From Candidatus Eiseniibacteriota bacterium (GTDB lineage: Bacteria > Eisenbacteria > RBG-16-71-46), in NCBI GenBank assembly GCA_963776245.1, contig CAVZLN010000003.1, forward strand, positions 1,088,001 through 1,152,000: 64,000 nucleotides of DNA, given 5' to 3'. The notes below the pieces were generated by a model that worked only from the letters and a program-made list of their open reading frames with translations, was not told the DNA's origin and searched no databases. Of the stretch, positions 40,808-53,199 are shown piece after piece (the stretch's first letter is position 1; every line of letters starts with the position of its first letter). The position numbers and the translations under genes were made by a program.

Positions 40808-41119
40808 ATGGCGGAACACCATCCCGCGAACCCGAGCGCCGCAGGCCGCTCCCACCCGGGCGCGCGCGCGTACCTGGGCATCGCCGTCGTGCTCACGCTG
40901 ATCACCGCGATCGAGGTCGCGGTGTTCTACCTGCCGGTGATGCACCCGGTCCTGGTGCCGGTGCTGTTGGTGCTCTCGGCGCTCAAGTTCGCGATCGTGG
41001 CGCAGTGGTACATGCACCTGAGATTCGACCACCGGCTGTTCTCGTGGCTGTTCGTGACGCCGATGGTGATCGCCGCGCTGGTGATCCTCGCGCTCCTGCG
41101 GCTGTTCGGGCACTGGTGA
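40808..41119 (+). CDS. coxD: Cytochrome c oxidase subunit IV family
   Basis: LTLITAIEV, KFAIVAQWYMHLRFD; last gene of the operon. Confidence 0.85.
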   Translation: MAEHHPANPSAAGRSHPGARAYLGIAVVLTLITAIEVAVFYLPVMHPVLVPVLLVLSALKFAIVAQWYMHLRFDHRLFSWLFVTPMVIAALVILALLRLFGHW

Positions 41120-41205
41120 GGGGCTCGAAGCCCAGCCGGTCGCGGGGGCGAAGGAGCGGTCGGCGGACCTGAGGGATCCAGAGCGTGCGCGCGCCCGAAT
41201 GGGTC

Positions 41206-41235
41206 GAGCCCCGGCGGATCGCTCCACCGGGGCTC
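41206..41235. terminator. GC-rich hairpin between the convergent cox operon and tRNA
   Basis: GAGCCCCGGCGGA-TCGC-TCCACCGGGGCTC inverted repeat. Confidence 0.55.
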
Positions 41236-41240
41236 ATGTT

Positions 41241-41317
<77 letters not shown>

Positions 41318-41329
41318 TCAACGGCACGC

Positions 41330-41359
41330 ACAGTAGCCGCCGGGCGACCTCGAAGTCAA
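41330..41359 (-). promoter_or_regulatory. sigma70 promoter of tRNA-fMet
   Basis: Minus strand TTGACT-N18-TACTGT, 12 nt before the tRNA. Confidence 0.65.
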
Positions 41360-41500
41360 GCCGACCCCCCGTCGGACGCGCCCGCGGCGGGCGCGGGTTG
41401 CGTGGAGCGGACGCGCTGGCTATGCTGCCGCAACCTGACCGGGGAGCGCGGGGTTTTCTCCGCCCAACTCACTCCACTTCCCATCTTTCGGAGGTTTCCG

Positions 41501-42271
41501 TTGATCCGATTCCGGCTCGCCGCGGCGCTCCTGGCGCTGGCCGCCGCCGCCATGGGCCTTGCGATCCGGGCGCCCGAGGCGCTCGCCGCGGCCGAGATCC
41601 ACAGGCTCAATCTGGTGCTGTCCGCGATTCCCACCTCGGTCGACGGCGGGGACTTCAACAAGGACCTGGATGCCTTCAACCGCGCCTATCTGGTCGGGCT
41701 GGAGGGGCTGAACAAGGTCAGTTTCGCGTGGCTCTTCGAGTCCCAGCTGCGCTACTTCGTGCGGCCCAACATCGCGGTGAACGCCGGTCTCGGCCAGATC
41801 CGGGCCGTCACCCGGCGCGAGTACCTGCCCGCGCTCCAGTCCTCGGTGGTCCTCGAGGGCGAGATCCTGTCCGTGCCCTTGAACCTGGGCGCGGCCTACT
41901 ACCTGCAGCCGTACAACCAGGGGGATTTCCAGGCGCGGTTCTTCTTCGGAGGAGGCCTCTCCAGCCTGGTCCACAACAAGGCGCAGTTCAAGATCGCGCG
42001 GACTGCTCCGAATGTGACGATCCCGCCCTACGATCGGATGGAGACGCGCGACTCTCCGGGCTGGTACACCGAGGCCGGCGTGCACATGTTCTTCGCCGCC
42101 CGGTACTCGGTCATCATCACGGGGATCTATCGGAACGCGCGGATCAACGAGATGGTCGACAGCCAGACCCGGCAGCCCTGGCGTCCCGTTCCGACCCCCG
42201 AGTCCAACCAGCCGTTCGCCCTCGACATGAGCGGCGTCGGGCTCCGCGGCGGCCTCTGCCTGGGGTTCTGA
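41501..42271 (+). CDS. Outer-membrane beta-barrel protein (OmpA/OmpW-like small barrel)
   Basis: GGAGG + TTG start, signal peptide, alternating beta strands, C-terminal ...GLCLGF. Confidence 0.7.
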   Translation: MIRFRLAAALLALAAAAMGLAIRAPEALAAAEIHRLNLVLSAIPTSVDGGDFNKDLDAFNRAYLVGLEGLNKVSFAWLFESQLRYFVRPNIAVNAGLGQIRAVTRREYLPALQSSVVLEGEILSVPLNLGAAYYLQPYNQGDFQARFFFGGGLSSLVHNKAQFKIARTAPNVTIPPYDRMETRDSPGWYTEAGVHMFFAARYSVIITGIYRNARINEMVDSQTRQPWRPVPTPESNQPFALDMSGVGLRGGLCLGF

Positions 42272-42373
42272 CCGCACGCTCGCGGACTCCACGGGCCCGC
42301 GCCCGCAGGCCGTTCGGCCGGCGCGCGGGCCCGTGACGCGTCCGCCCCGCGGGCGGATCCGCGCCGGTGCCGG

Positions 42374-42751
42374 TCAGCGAGGGCGCGGGGCCGTGCGGGG
42401 GGTCTGGTCGTCCACGCGGTAGATGATCTCCCCGGGCTGCGCCATCCCGCCGCGCTCGCGCAAGACCTTCTCGCCGCGCTCGCGCATCACGCGCGGATCG
42501 GCCCGCTCCGCCTCGAGCCGGGCGACCTCCGCGCGCGCCACCTCGAGGTCATGGGCCACGCGCGCGCTCTCGCGCCCCAGTCGGGCGAGCCGCCAGACGC
42601 TGTGATCGCTGAGCAGGACGAACCACACCAGCCACAGTCCGCCCGCGAGCCACGCCCAGCGCAGGCGTCGTCGCACGGGATCGACCGGGGTGGCATAGCG
42701 GCCGAGGCGGTAGCGGCCGAGGCGATCGGAGATGTCGCGCATGACGTCCAT
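42374..42751 (-). CDS. ftsB: Septum formation initiator FtsB/DivIC family
   Basis: TM + coiled coil + LRERGGMAQPGEIIYR; classic position downstream of eno. Confidence 0.8.
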   Translation of the reverse strand: MDVMRDISDRLGRYRLGRYATPVDPVRRRLRWAWLAGGLWLVWFVLLSDHSVWRLARLGRESARVAHDLEVARAEVARLEAERADPRVMRERGEKVLRERGGMAQPGEIIYRVDDQTPRTAPRPR

Positions 42752-42833
42752 GTCCCTTCCCGGCGCGGGCCTCGCGGCCGCGCACCCGAGCGTCCCAGCC
42801 GCGATCCGTGCGGCGGGGCGCCCGCTTCCGTGA

Positions 42834-44162
<1,329 letters not shown>

Positions 44163-44186
44163 TCACGCGGGCGGTCCGAGGCCTGC

Positions 44187-44215
44187 AGGCTAGGCGGGGG
44201 TCCTGCGCGAGTCAA
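44187..44215 (-). promoter_or_regulatory. sigma70 promoter of eno
   Basis: Minus strand TTGACT-N17-TAGCCT. Confidence 0.7.
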
Positions 44216-44321
44216 GGCCGCGGGCCCTCGCGCCGTGGGTGCTCGCCGACCGCGCCATTGGCTCTCGCAGGGGCGCTCCGAGAGGGCCCGGGCGCGCGGC
44301 GCGCCCGCGGATCCCGCATCC

Positions 44322-44351
44322 TTGACCCGCCCCGGACACCATGCCTATCGT
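44322..44351 (+). promoter_or_regulatory. sigma70 promoter of the ECF operon
   Basis: TTGACC-N18-TATCGT. Confidence 0.6.
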
Positions 44352-44360
44352 GCCCGATCA

Positions 44361-44387
44361 TGAAACTCGGTGCCCGCCCCACCCGTA
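44361..44387 (+). promoter_or_regulatory. SigW-type ECF promoter (probable autoregulation)
   Basis: TGAAAC-N17-CGTA, 24 nt before the sigma factor start. Confidence 0.6.
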
Positions 44388-44411
44388 GGGTCGCATGAAG
44401 GCAGGGGCGCG

Positions 44412-44981
44412 GTGAGCGGCGACGAGGCCGACCTCATCCGGCGGTGCCTCGCCGGCGACGAGCGGGCGTACCGTGATCTGGTCGAGCGCTATCAGCGCCC
44501 GGTCTTCAATCTGGCGATGCGCATGGTGCGCCGGGTGGAAGATGCCGAAGACGTGACGCAGGAGACGTTCATCCGGATGTTCCGGGCACTCGACCGTTAC
44601 GACCTGGAGCGTCCCTTCACCGCCTGGCTCTTCACCATCGCCACCCGGCTCAGTATCGATCACCTGAGACGCAAGCGGCTGGCGCCGATCTCGATCTTCC
44701 AGCCCGGCGCCGGCGGAGACGACGAATACGTCATCGAGGCGGAGGACCCGGGGCTCAAGCCCGACGACGCCACCTCGCACGCCGAAGAGGAGGGGCGGAC
44801 GCGGGACCTGATCGACTCGCTGCCGCCGCACTACCGGATCGTGGTGATGCTCAGGCACCAGCAGGATCTTTCGTACGAGGAGATCGCCACGGCGCTGCAG
44901 ATGCCGCTCGGCACGGTGAAGGCGCGCATCCACCGTGCCCGGGAGCTGCTCAAGCAACGGATCAAGACGAGCGAGCCATGA
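44412..44981 (+). CDS. ECF sigma factor (SigW-like)
   Basis: DAEDVTQETF, FTAWLFTIA, LSYEEIA...GTVKARIHRARELL. Confidence 0.93.
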   Translation: MSGDEADLIRRCLAGDERAYRDLVERYQRPVFNLAMRMVRRVEDAEDVTQETFIRMFRALDRYDLERPFTAWLFTIATRLSIDHLRRKRLAPISIFQPGAGGDDEYVIEAEDPGLKPDDATSHAEEEGRTRDLIDSLPPHYRIVVMLRHQQDLSYEEIATALQMPLGTVKARIHRARELLKQRIKTSEP

Positions 44982-45601
44982 CCACCTGCACCCACCACAG
45001 CCGCGCTCAGGCCTTCCTCGACGGGGACCTCCCCGTGGACGAGGCCCGGGCGTTCCGCGAGCACCTGGCCGGCTGCGCCGGGTGCGTCGCCGAACTGGCT
45101 GCCTACCGCCGGGTGTTCGCGCTGCTCGATGAGGCGCCGCTCGCCGTGCCGCGGATCGAGCTGACGGAGCGGGTGCTCGCTCGGGTGCTGCCGTCCCGGG
45201 TGCGCCAGCGCCGGCTGCGCGCATTCGGCTGGAGCTACGCGGGCGCCCTCTCGGCATGCCTCGCGGGAGGGGTCACCTGGGCGATGCAGCCGGCGGGTCA
45301 GGCCGCGCTCTCCATGCTCACCGCTGAAGCCTCGCGCCGGTTGTTCGACGTCACGAAGTTCGTGGTGCAGTCGGCGTCATTCGGCCTCGTCCACCTCGCT
45401 TCGGGTTCGCACGCGATGATCCGCTTGCTCGAGCCCCTCGCGCCCCTCGGTCGCGCGCTCGGCGCGGTGCTGGGCCAGACCTCGATCCTCGCCACGCTGG
45501 TGGCCGCCGTCGCGGTCTGCGCCGCCATGCTGTGGTGGCTGCGGCCGCGCGATGGGCGGCCGAGCCGGGAGATCCGCCATGTCGGCGTCCTGGGCTTCTG
45601 A
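44978..45601 (+). CDS. Zinc-binding anti-sigma factor (zf-HC2/ZAS) with two TMs
   Basis: FLDGDL...REHLAGCAGC (HxxxCxxC); ATGA overlap with the sigma gene. Confidence 0.85.
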   Translation: MTTCTHHSRAQAFLDGDLPVDEARAFREHLAGCAGCVAELAAYRRVFALLDEAPLAVPRIELTERVLARVLPSRVRQRRLRAFGWSYAGALSACLAGGVTWAMQPAGQAALSMLTAEASRRLFDVTKFVVQSASFGLVHLASGSHAMIRLLEPLAPLGRALGAVLGQTSILATLVAAVAVCAAMLWWLRPRDGRPSREIRHVGVLGF

Positions 45602-46781
45602 TCCCCGTGTCCGCCCGCTGTCGGCGGCGCTCGCGCTCGCCCTGTTGCTGGTGGCGCCGGTGGATCCCGCCGCCGCTCGGACCACGAGGCCCGACTCGGC
45701 GCGCGCCATCACCAGTATCCGCGTGAGCGACGAGGGCATCCGGATCCGCGGTGGCGGCGGCCTGCGGGGGGACACCACGCTCGAGATCGTGGACCGCCCC
45801 GGGCGGGCCGACGCGAAGTTCGACATCGGCGGGCAGAAGGTGCGCATCCGCGGCGACGTCGCGGAACCGAATGCGAGTGGCAAGGACGTGCGTATCGTCG
45901 GACCGGTGGTGCTGGTGAATGGCCAGGGTGCCGACATGGTGCGCGTGTGCGCCGACGCCGAGGTGCCGGCGGGCCAGCGCATCGAGGGCGACGTGGTCGC
46001 GGTGTTCGGCTCGGTCACGGTGAAGGGCGAGGTGGCGGGGAACGCGGTCGCGGTGTTCGGCACGCTCCGCCTGGAGCCGGGCGCGGTGGTGGACGGCGAC
46101 GCGGTCGCGGTGGGGGGTTCGCTGGACCAGCAGCCGGGGGCCACTGTGAGCGGCCAGAGCGTGTCCATCGAGCCCGGATTCGACTGCCAGCGGTTGCCCG
46201 GACTGTTGCTCGGCAGCGCGGGCCTCCTGACCGTGCTCCTCCTCGTGCTCCTGGTGCCGGCGCTGGTGGGCTGGCTGTTCCTGGTCATCGCCCCCGATCG
46301 CATGCTGCGGGTGTCGGTCACCGCCGCGCAGCGCCCGTTCGTCTCGCTGCTCCTCGGACTGGTCGCCGGGCCGCTGGCGGTGGTCGCGTTCGTGCTCCTG
46401 CTGATCACCGTGGTGGGCATCCCGATCGCCCTCCTGCTGCCGGTGCTCTTCGGCCTGATGTCCTGGGCCGGCCAGGTGGCCACCACCTATGTGATCGGTT
46501 GTCGCCTCCTGAGGCGCCGTCTCGGCGCGGGCGGCAGCCTCGGGCCGTACGTCACCGGGACCCTGTTCGTCGCCGCGATCGTCGCGGTCGGCGTCGCGAG
46601 CCTGGTGCTGCCGGGGCCGCTGAAGCCCGTGGGGATCTTCCTCCTGATGGTGGCCATCCTGCTGGGGGCGGGGCTCGGACTCATCGGCACCGGCGCCACG
46701 CTGCTCTCGAAACTGGGCTCGACCCCCCGGGATGTCCACCGGCATCGCGTCGCCACGCCAGACGCCGCCGGGCTGCCCTAG
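45579..46781 (+). CDS. Bactofilin/polymer-forming-like beta-helix plus multi-TM membrane protein
   Basis: Repeated GDVVAVFGSV/GNAVAVFGTL/GDAVAVGGSL, then about 5-6 TMs with LITVVGIPIA. Confidence 0.75.
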   Translation: MSASWASDPRVRPLSAALALALLLVAPVDPAAARTTRPDSARAITSIRVSDEGIRIRGGGGLRGDTTLEIVDRPGRADAKFDIGGQKVRIRGDVAEPNASGKDVRIVGPVVLVNGQGADMVRVCADAEVPAGQRIEGDVVAVFGSVTVKGEVAGNAVAVFGTLRLEPGAVVDGDAVAVGGSLDQQPGATVSGQSVSIEPGFDCQRLPGLLLGSAGLLTVLLLVLLVPALVGWLFLVIAPDRMLRVSVTAAQRPFVSLLLGLVAGPLAVVAFVLLLITVVGIPIALLLPVLFGLMSWAGQVATTYVIGCRLLRRRLGAGGSLGPYVTGTLFVAAIVAVGVASLVLPGPLKPVGIFLLMVAILLGAGLGLIGTGATLLSKLGSTPRDVHRHRVATPDAAGLP

Positions 46782-46989
46782 CCAGGACCGCAAGACCTGC
46801 TTCGGGCCCCCGTGGGTGCCAGCACCCGCGTGGGTCTCGCGTCTGGGAACCCTCACCCATCAGCGACCTGGGATGCCCCCGATCCGCGCGGCGGAAGCCC
46901 CCCGAACCGCATGCGTCGGGGCCGCGCAATCGGCTGAGGTGGAATGACATCGACCGCATGGTGAGCGGCCGCCCCGGATTCCTCCCCGG

Positions 46990-47004
46990 TGGCACGCTCG
47001 TCGC
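46990..47004 (+). promoter_or_regulatory. Putative sigma54 (-24/-12) promoter
   Basis: TGGCAC-GCTCG-TCGC with GG-N10-GC spacing, just upstream of 47019. Confidence 0.5.
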
Positions 47005-47018
47005 GTTGGTAGGTGGTC

Positions 47019-48032
47019 ATGGAACCGCTCGCATTGGTGCGCCGCGCCGGCCTTGGGCTCCTCGGCACGCTGCTCGCGAGCCTCATGCTGGCGGCGGTGG
47101 CCCGCTCCACCGAACTGGTCGCGAGCGGCGCGCCGCGCGACCTGGCCTTCCACGACGCCGGCGAGACCCTTCGGGACTGGTGCCGGTGGGACGATGCCGG
47201 CAGGCTGTGGCTGGTGCTGCCGGACAGCTCGCGCTTCGAGCTGGTGACCTCGGTGAACGACGCTGCGATCGCGAACCCCGGCGACGGCGCGTTCCACCCC
47301 TTCGAGCTGGGGGAAGTCCACGCCGCCCTCGACGAACTCAGTTACCCGGTCGCGGGCCTGCGTGCGGACGTCTTCCTGCTCCCGTTCCCGCGCAGGGCGG
47401 GCCTCGAGTCGGCCGGGGGGCCGGGGCTGGTACTGCTCTCGCCCGGCGTGCGCCCCCTGTCGCGCGAGCAGCAGCACGCCGAGTTCGTCCACGAACTGGG
47501 CCACGTGGTCCAGCAGGCGAGACTGCCGGACCACGCCACCGGGGACTGGACGGCCTACCGGCGCATGCGGGGGATCGAGGATCCGATCGTCTTCTCCGCG
47601 AGCGCGCCCCACGCCCAGCGGCCCCACGAGATCTTCGCCGAGGACTTCCGCGCGCTGCTCGGTGGCGCGACCGCGAACTCGACGGGCACGATCGAGAATC
47701 CGGCGCTCACCCCGCCGCAGCTGGTGCCCGGGCTGCGCGAGTTCGTGCTCTCGCTGGCCGGGCATGCGCTGCGCGCGCGGCTCTCGGGCGCTCCCAATCC
47801 GAGCCGCGGCGCGGTCACCTTCTCGCGGGCGGGCACCAGCGCGGCGATGCTGGACGTGTTCGACGTGGGCGGTCGCCGGCTGGCGGCCGTGGCGCCGATG
47901 CCGGTCGCGGGGGGCACGGAGTGGCGGTGGGATGGACGGGCCGCGCGCGGCACGGCCATGGGCCCGGCGATCGTGTTCGCGCGTGAGCGCGCGGGGGCGG
48001 CCGAGCCGGTGCGGGTGGCCCTGGTCCCCTGA
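47019..48032 (+). CDS. Secreted HExxH metallopeptidase-like protein with degenerate FlgD/CTD tail
   Basis: Signal peptide; VHELGHVVQ...HEIFAEDF; GAPNPSRG...DVFDVGGRRL...WRWDGR. Confidence 0.7.
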   Translation: MEPLALVRRAGLGLLGTLLASLMLAAVARSTELVASGAPRDLAFHDAGETLRDWCRWDDAGRLWLVLPDSSRFELVTSVNDAAIANPGDGAFHPFELGEVHAALDELSYPVAGLRADVFLLPFPRRAGLESAGGPGLVLLSPGVRPLSREQQHAEFVHELGHVVQQARLPDHATGDWTAYRRMRGIEDPIVFSASAPHAQRPHEIFAEDFRALLGGATANSTGTIENPALTPPQLVPGLREFVLSLAGHALRARLSGAPNPSRGAVTFSRAGTSAAMLDVFDVGGRRLAAVAPMPVAGGTEWRWDGRAARGTAMGPAIVFARERAGAAEPVRVALVP

Positions 48033-48069
48033 GTCCCCGGGGCCCCGAGCGGCCCCGCCGCCACGCGGA

Positions 48070-48756
48070 TCAGTGCGCGGGCAGCGGCACGACGTCCTCG
48101 GTCCGCGCGCGCGCGCGCTGGTCCCCGAGACCGGCGAAGTTGCGCACCGCATCGAACGCCGAGCGGGGCAGCTCGGTGAACGCCCCGAAGCCGGCACGAC
48201 GCTTGTCCACCACCTCGCCCGACAGCCAGCCTTCGACCTCCTCCACGTCCTCGATGCTCAACGGACGCAGGGTGGCGGTCACGACCGCGTAATAGCGCGC
48301 CCCCCTCACCAGACGGTCCGAGCGGCCCACCGGCAGCGCGAGCGGGCGCCCGAGCGCCCGCTCGACCGAGTCGAGCGCCCCGAACACCAGCGCGGTGGCC
48401 CCCGCGCGTTCGACGCGGTAGGTGCGGTTCCAGACCTCGTAGCGGATGCGCAGCGAGGCGTCGAATGTGCTCTCGAGGCGGTCGAACCACCCGGAGCGGC
48501 GCCGCCACAGCTCGGCATGGAACTCGAGCGTGGCCGGCATGCCGCGCGACAGGCTCTCCTGGACTCGCGGAGCCAGCACGTCGCTGAGGCGCAGATCGCA
48601 CCACACGCTGCCGTCACGCGACTGCGGCACGCCGACCGTGGCGTCCAGCGCCAGCGCTGCCGGTGCCACGGCGAGCGCGAACGCGAGCAGGGCGATCGCG
48701 GCCTGGCGGTGGGCGGGACGTGGGGCGCTGGGGAGCAGGGCGACCTCGGGACTCAG
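48070..48756 (-). CDS. DUF4390 domain protein
   Basis: SLSRGMPATLEFHAELWRRRSGWFD...IRYEVWNRTYRV; the frame stays open upstream through a signal peptide to CTG at 48756. Confidence 0.75.
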   Translation of the reverse strand: MSPEVALLPSAPRPAHRQAAIALLAFALAVAPAALALDATVGVPQSRDGSVWCDLRLSDVLAPRVQESLSRGMPATLEFHAELWRRRSGWFDRLESTFDASLRIRYEVWNRTYRVERAGATALVFGALDSVERALGRPLALPVGRSDRLVRGARYYAVVTATLRPLSIEDVEEVEGWLSGEVVDKRRAGFGAFTELPRSAFDAVRNFAGLGDQRARARTEDVVPLPAH

Positions 48757-50093
48757 AATGGGCGTCGGAGACGCAACGTGATCATGAACTCGGAGTCGGG
48801 ATCCTGGAGGTTGCGCGCGAAGTACACGCGCAGGTCGTCGTCCGTGGTGCCGATGCCGAACCCGCCGTCGCAGGCGAGGTGTTGTCGCCGCAGGTCGAAG
48901 CCCGGGCCGGACGCTTCCCAGGCGCGCCCGGCGTCCACGAACACCATGACCTGCAATCCGCCCTGGAAGTGGGCGTCCGTGAGCGTCCAGAGGCCGAGCA
49001 TGTACTCGGCCTGCGCCAGCGCCAGCCGGTCCCCGCGGTAGGCCCCGAACGCGTGCGCGCGCAGCCCGTCCACTCCGCCGAGGGTGAAGATCTTCTGCTC
49101 CGGCAGCCGACCGGTGAAGTTGGTGCCGCCGACCCCGCGCAGCACCAGCGTGGCCGCGGGAGTGAGCCGCACCACGCTGCGCACGTCGGCCACCATCCGC
49201 GCGTAGTCGAACGCGCCGCCGAGGCCGCCGCCGGCACGCTCGACCTCGATCCCGTGGTAGAGGCCGGCCCGCATGGTCCGCGTGCGATGCATGAGGCGTT
49301 CGCTGCGCAGCGATAGGGTATGGGCCTCGCCCTCCTCGATCGCTGGATTGTCACGCAGCGGGCGGTCCCGGCGAAACCACGAACGCGTTCCCCGATCGAG
49401 CGGGAGCGTGCGATAGCGATCGTTCCGCGCGTGGAGGCTGACGGTGGAGAAGTCGGGCACCCGCCACGCGAGGTAGGTGCCGAATCCCTCGCGCTCGAAG
49501 TAGTCGCGGTAGTCCTGGCGCCCGAACAGCAGGGCGAGACTGTTCTCGAAGTCCTCGACCTCCTGCAGCTCGCTGTGGTCGGTCCGCCGCACCATCGAGA
49601 CGCCGAGTGCGAGCCGCCCCGGTCGCACCAGCGGCTGCTCGAGCTGCACACCATAGAGGATGCGCTCGCGGCCGATCGCGTACTCGATCCGGGCGCCGAA
49701 GCGCGGGTCGAGCGGCGCGGTGGTCTGGAGCTCCCAGCCGACGCCGACGCGCAGGCGGTCCACCCGGTTGTAGTCCAGCAGCAGTTCACCGCGGTCGCGG
49801 GGATGGCGGGCGCGCCATTCGTCGGGATCGGTGATGAGGTGGTCGCCGATCGGCGCACGCAGCCACTCGCCTTCGTCGCTCGAACCCGCCTGCCGGTCCG
49901 GGCGCTCGCCGCGGCGCACGGGGCGGAATTCGAGCGGATCGGAATCGGGATCGTCGCGCGGGAGCGGCTGGAATTCGAGCGCCCCGCTGGTGGAGTCCGC
50001 GGGCAGGGTGGACTGGGCGCACGCCACGGGCGGGTGGAACGCCGACGCGGCGGCGCAGAGGGATACGGCGAAGAGGGTGCGCAGGGGATTCAC
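48753..50093 (-). CDS. Omp85/BamA-TamA-like outer-membrane beta-barrel protein
   Basis: DYNRVD, FTLGGVDGLRAH, FVDAGRAW, C-terminal LRLRRPF; GTG at 50093. Confidence 0.75.
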   Translation of the reverse strand: MNPLRTLFAVSLCAAASAFHPPVACAQSTLPADSTSGALEFQPLPRDDPDSDPLEFRPVRRGERPDRQAGSSDEGEWLRAPIGDHLITDPDEWRARHPRDRGELLLDYNRVDRLRVGVGWELQTTAPLDPRFGARIEYAIGRERILYGVQLEQPLVRPGRLALGVSMVRRTDHSELQEVEDFENSLALLFGRQDYRDYFEREGFGTYLAWRVPDFSTVSLHARNDRYRTLPLDRGTRSWFRRDRPLRDNPAIEEGEAHTLSLRSERLMHRTRTMRAGLYHGIEVERAGGGLGGAFDYARMVADVRSVVRLTPAATLVLRGVGGTNFTGRLPEQKIFTLGGVDGLRAHAFGAYRGDRLALAQAEYMLGLWTLTDAHFQGGLQVMVFVDAGRAWEASGPGFDLRRQHLACDGGFGIGTTDDDLRVYFARNLQDPDSEFMITLRLRRPF

Positions 50094-50313
50094 GGTGCCT
50101 CCGCAGGACGACAAGGACGGGGGGCGCACCCGGAGAGGCAGCAATCCCCGTTCCGCGCGGCCGGTCCGGAACGGACGTCGGGATGGAGACGCCGGGGCCC
50201 CGGAGCATGCAGGGATCCCGGCTTTCGGAGGGGCCGCATCGGGGCGCTGCCGTACCGGACGCCCGGCGCCGGGCTGGTGCCGTGGCGGTTCCGCGACGCT
50301 GTGTGGCGCGGGT

Positions 50314-51662
<1,349 letters not shown>

Positions 51663-51666
<4 letters not shown>

Positions 51667-53177
51667 GGGCGTGGGGCTCCTTCCTCGTCATCGCGCAGCG
51701 GCAGCGTGAGGCGCGCGCGCGTCCCACCGCCCTCGCGGTCGTCCAGGGTCACCGTGCCGCCGTGCTGCAAGGCGATGTCGCGCACCAGCGACAGTCCGAG
51801 GCCGCTGCCGCGGCGCTTGGTGCTCACGTAGGGCTCGAACGCTCGCGCGCGCAACTCGGCGGGCAGGCCGGGTCCGCGGTCGAGCACATCGACCACCGCC
51901 GCACCGCCCGCGCGTTCCGTGCGCAACTCCACGGTGCCACCCGCGGGGCTCGCTTCGCAGGCGTTGAGCAGCAGATTATGCAGCGCGCGGGACAGCAGCA
52001 AGCGGTCCCCGGACACCGGGAGCGGCTCGGCCGCATCCACCACGAGGGCGAGCCCCTCGGGCTCGTGCAGTCGCGCCACCTGGCGCGCGACCTCAGCGAG
52101 GTCCATGGCTTCCATCCGCGGTTCGGGCAGGCGCGCGTACTGCGCGAACCGCTCCGCCAGGCGGCCGAGGTGGTCGACCTCGACGATGAGCGCCGCGAGG
52201 CTCTCCTCGACCACCTCGCGTTCGGCTTCCGGTACGGCCTGCACGCGCTTCTGCAGCCGGTGGAGCGAGAGTCGCATCGGCGTGAGCGGGTTCTTGATCT
52301 CGTGCGCCAACTGACGGGCCACTTCGCGCCAGGCGGCCTCGCGCTCGGCCTGGCGCAACTGCTCGCGCGCCGAAGCGAGCCGCTCGCGCATCGCGTTGAA
52401 CGACACGCCGAGCGAGCGCAGCTCGCGGGCGCCGCTCGGCTCGAGGCGGGTCTCGAGGTCGCCGGCGGCCACGCGCTCGAGCGCGGCCGCGATACCGGCC
52501 AGCGGACGCGTCATCCCGCGGGCGAGGGTGGCGGCGAGCCAGGCCGCGAGCACGGCGAGCACCAGCACCAGCGCGGCGACCAGCAGCCAGACGTACCGGC
52601 GCTGCACATCCACCACGACGCCGAGCCGACGGTAGTAGGCCGCGCCGAACCCCACGCTGTCGGCGCGCGCGAAGAAGTCCGGTGCCACCCGGATCCCCAC
52701 GGCGACCGTGCGCCCGTCCGCTGTCGGGGCCACTCCCGCGAGCACGCCGCGGGACGAGCGCACCAGCCGCGCGCCCGCCAGCGCCGCGCCGATCTCGCTG
52801 CCGAAGTCCACGCGCTCCGGCACCAGCACGCGCTCGGGAACCAACTGGGTCTCGAGCACCCAGCGGGCGCCCGCGAGTCGGTAGAGCTGGGCGAAGTCGA
52901 GGCCGTGCGCCCGCAGCGCGGCGCGCGCTCCCTCGGGCACCCCCCGCGCCGGCCAGCGCTCGGCCCAGTCCTCCGCCTGCGCCAGCACGGTCGCCTCGAG
53001 ACGGGTCTCGGCCGTGCGCGTGATCTCGAGCGCGGACTCGAGCGCGCGGTCCACGCCGGGGCGGAACCATCGCGCGGTCGAGCGGTCCAACTGGTCGAGC
53101 GTGAAGAGCGTGAAGGCCAGCGTCGGCAGCAGCGAGAGTGCGAGCAGTGCGAGGACGAGCCGGGTGCGGAGGGTCAC
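51663..53177 (-). CDS. HAMP-containing sensor histidine kinase (NtrY-like)
   Basis: AAWREVARQLAHEIKNPLTP, NLLLNA, DRGPG, GSGLGL. Confidence 0.93.
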
Positions 53178-53199
53178 GATGCGCCCGCGGCAGGAGCGA

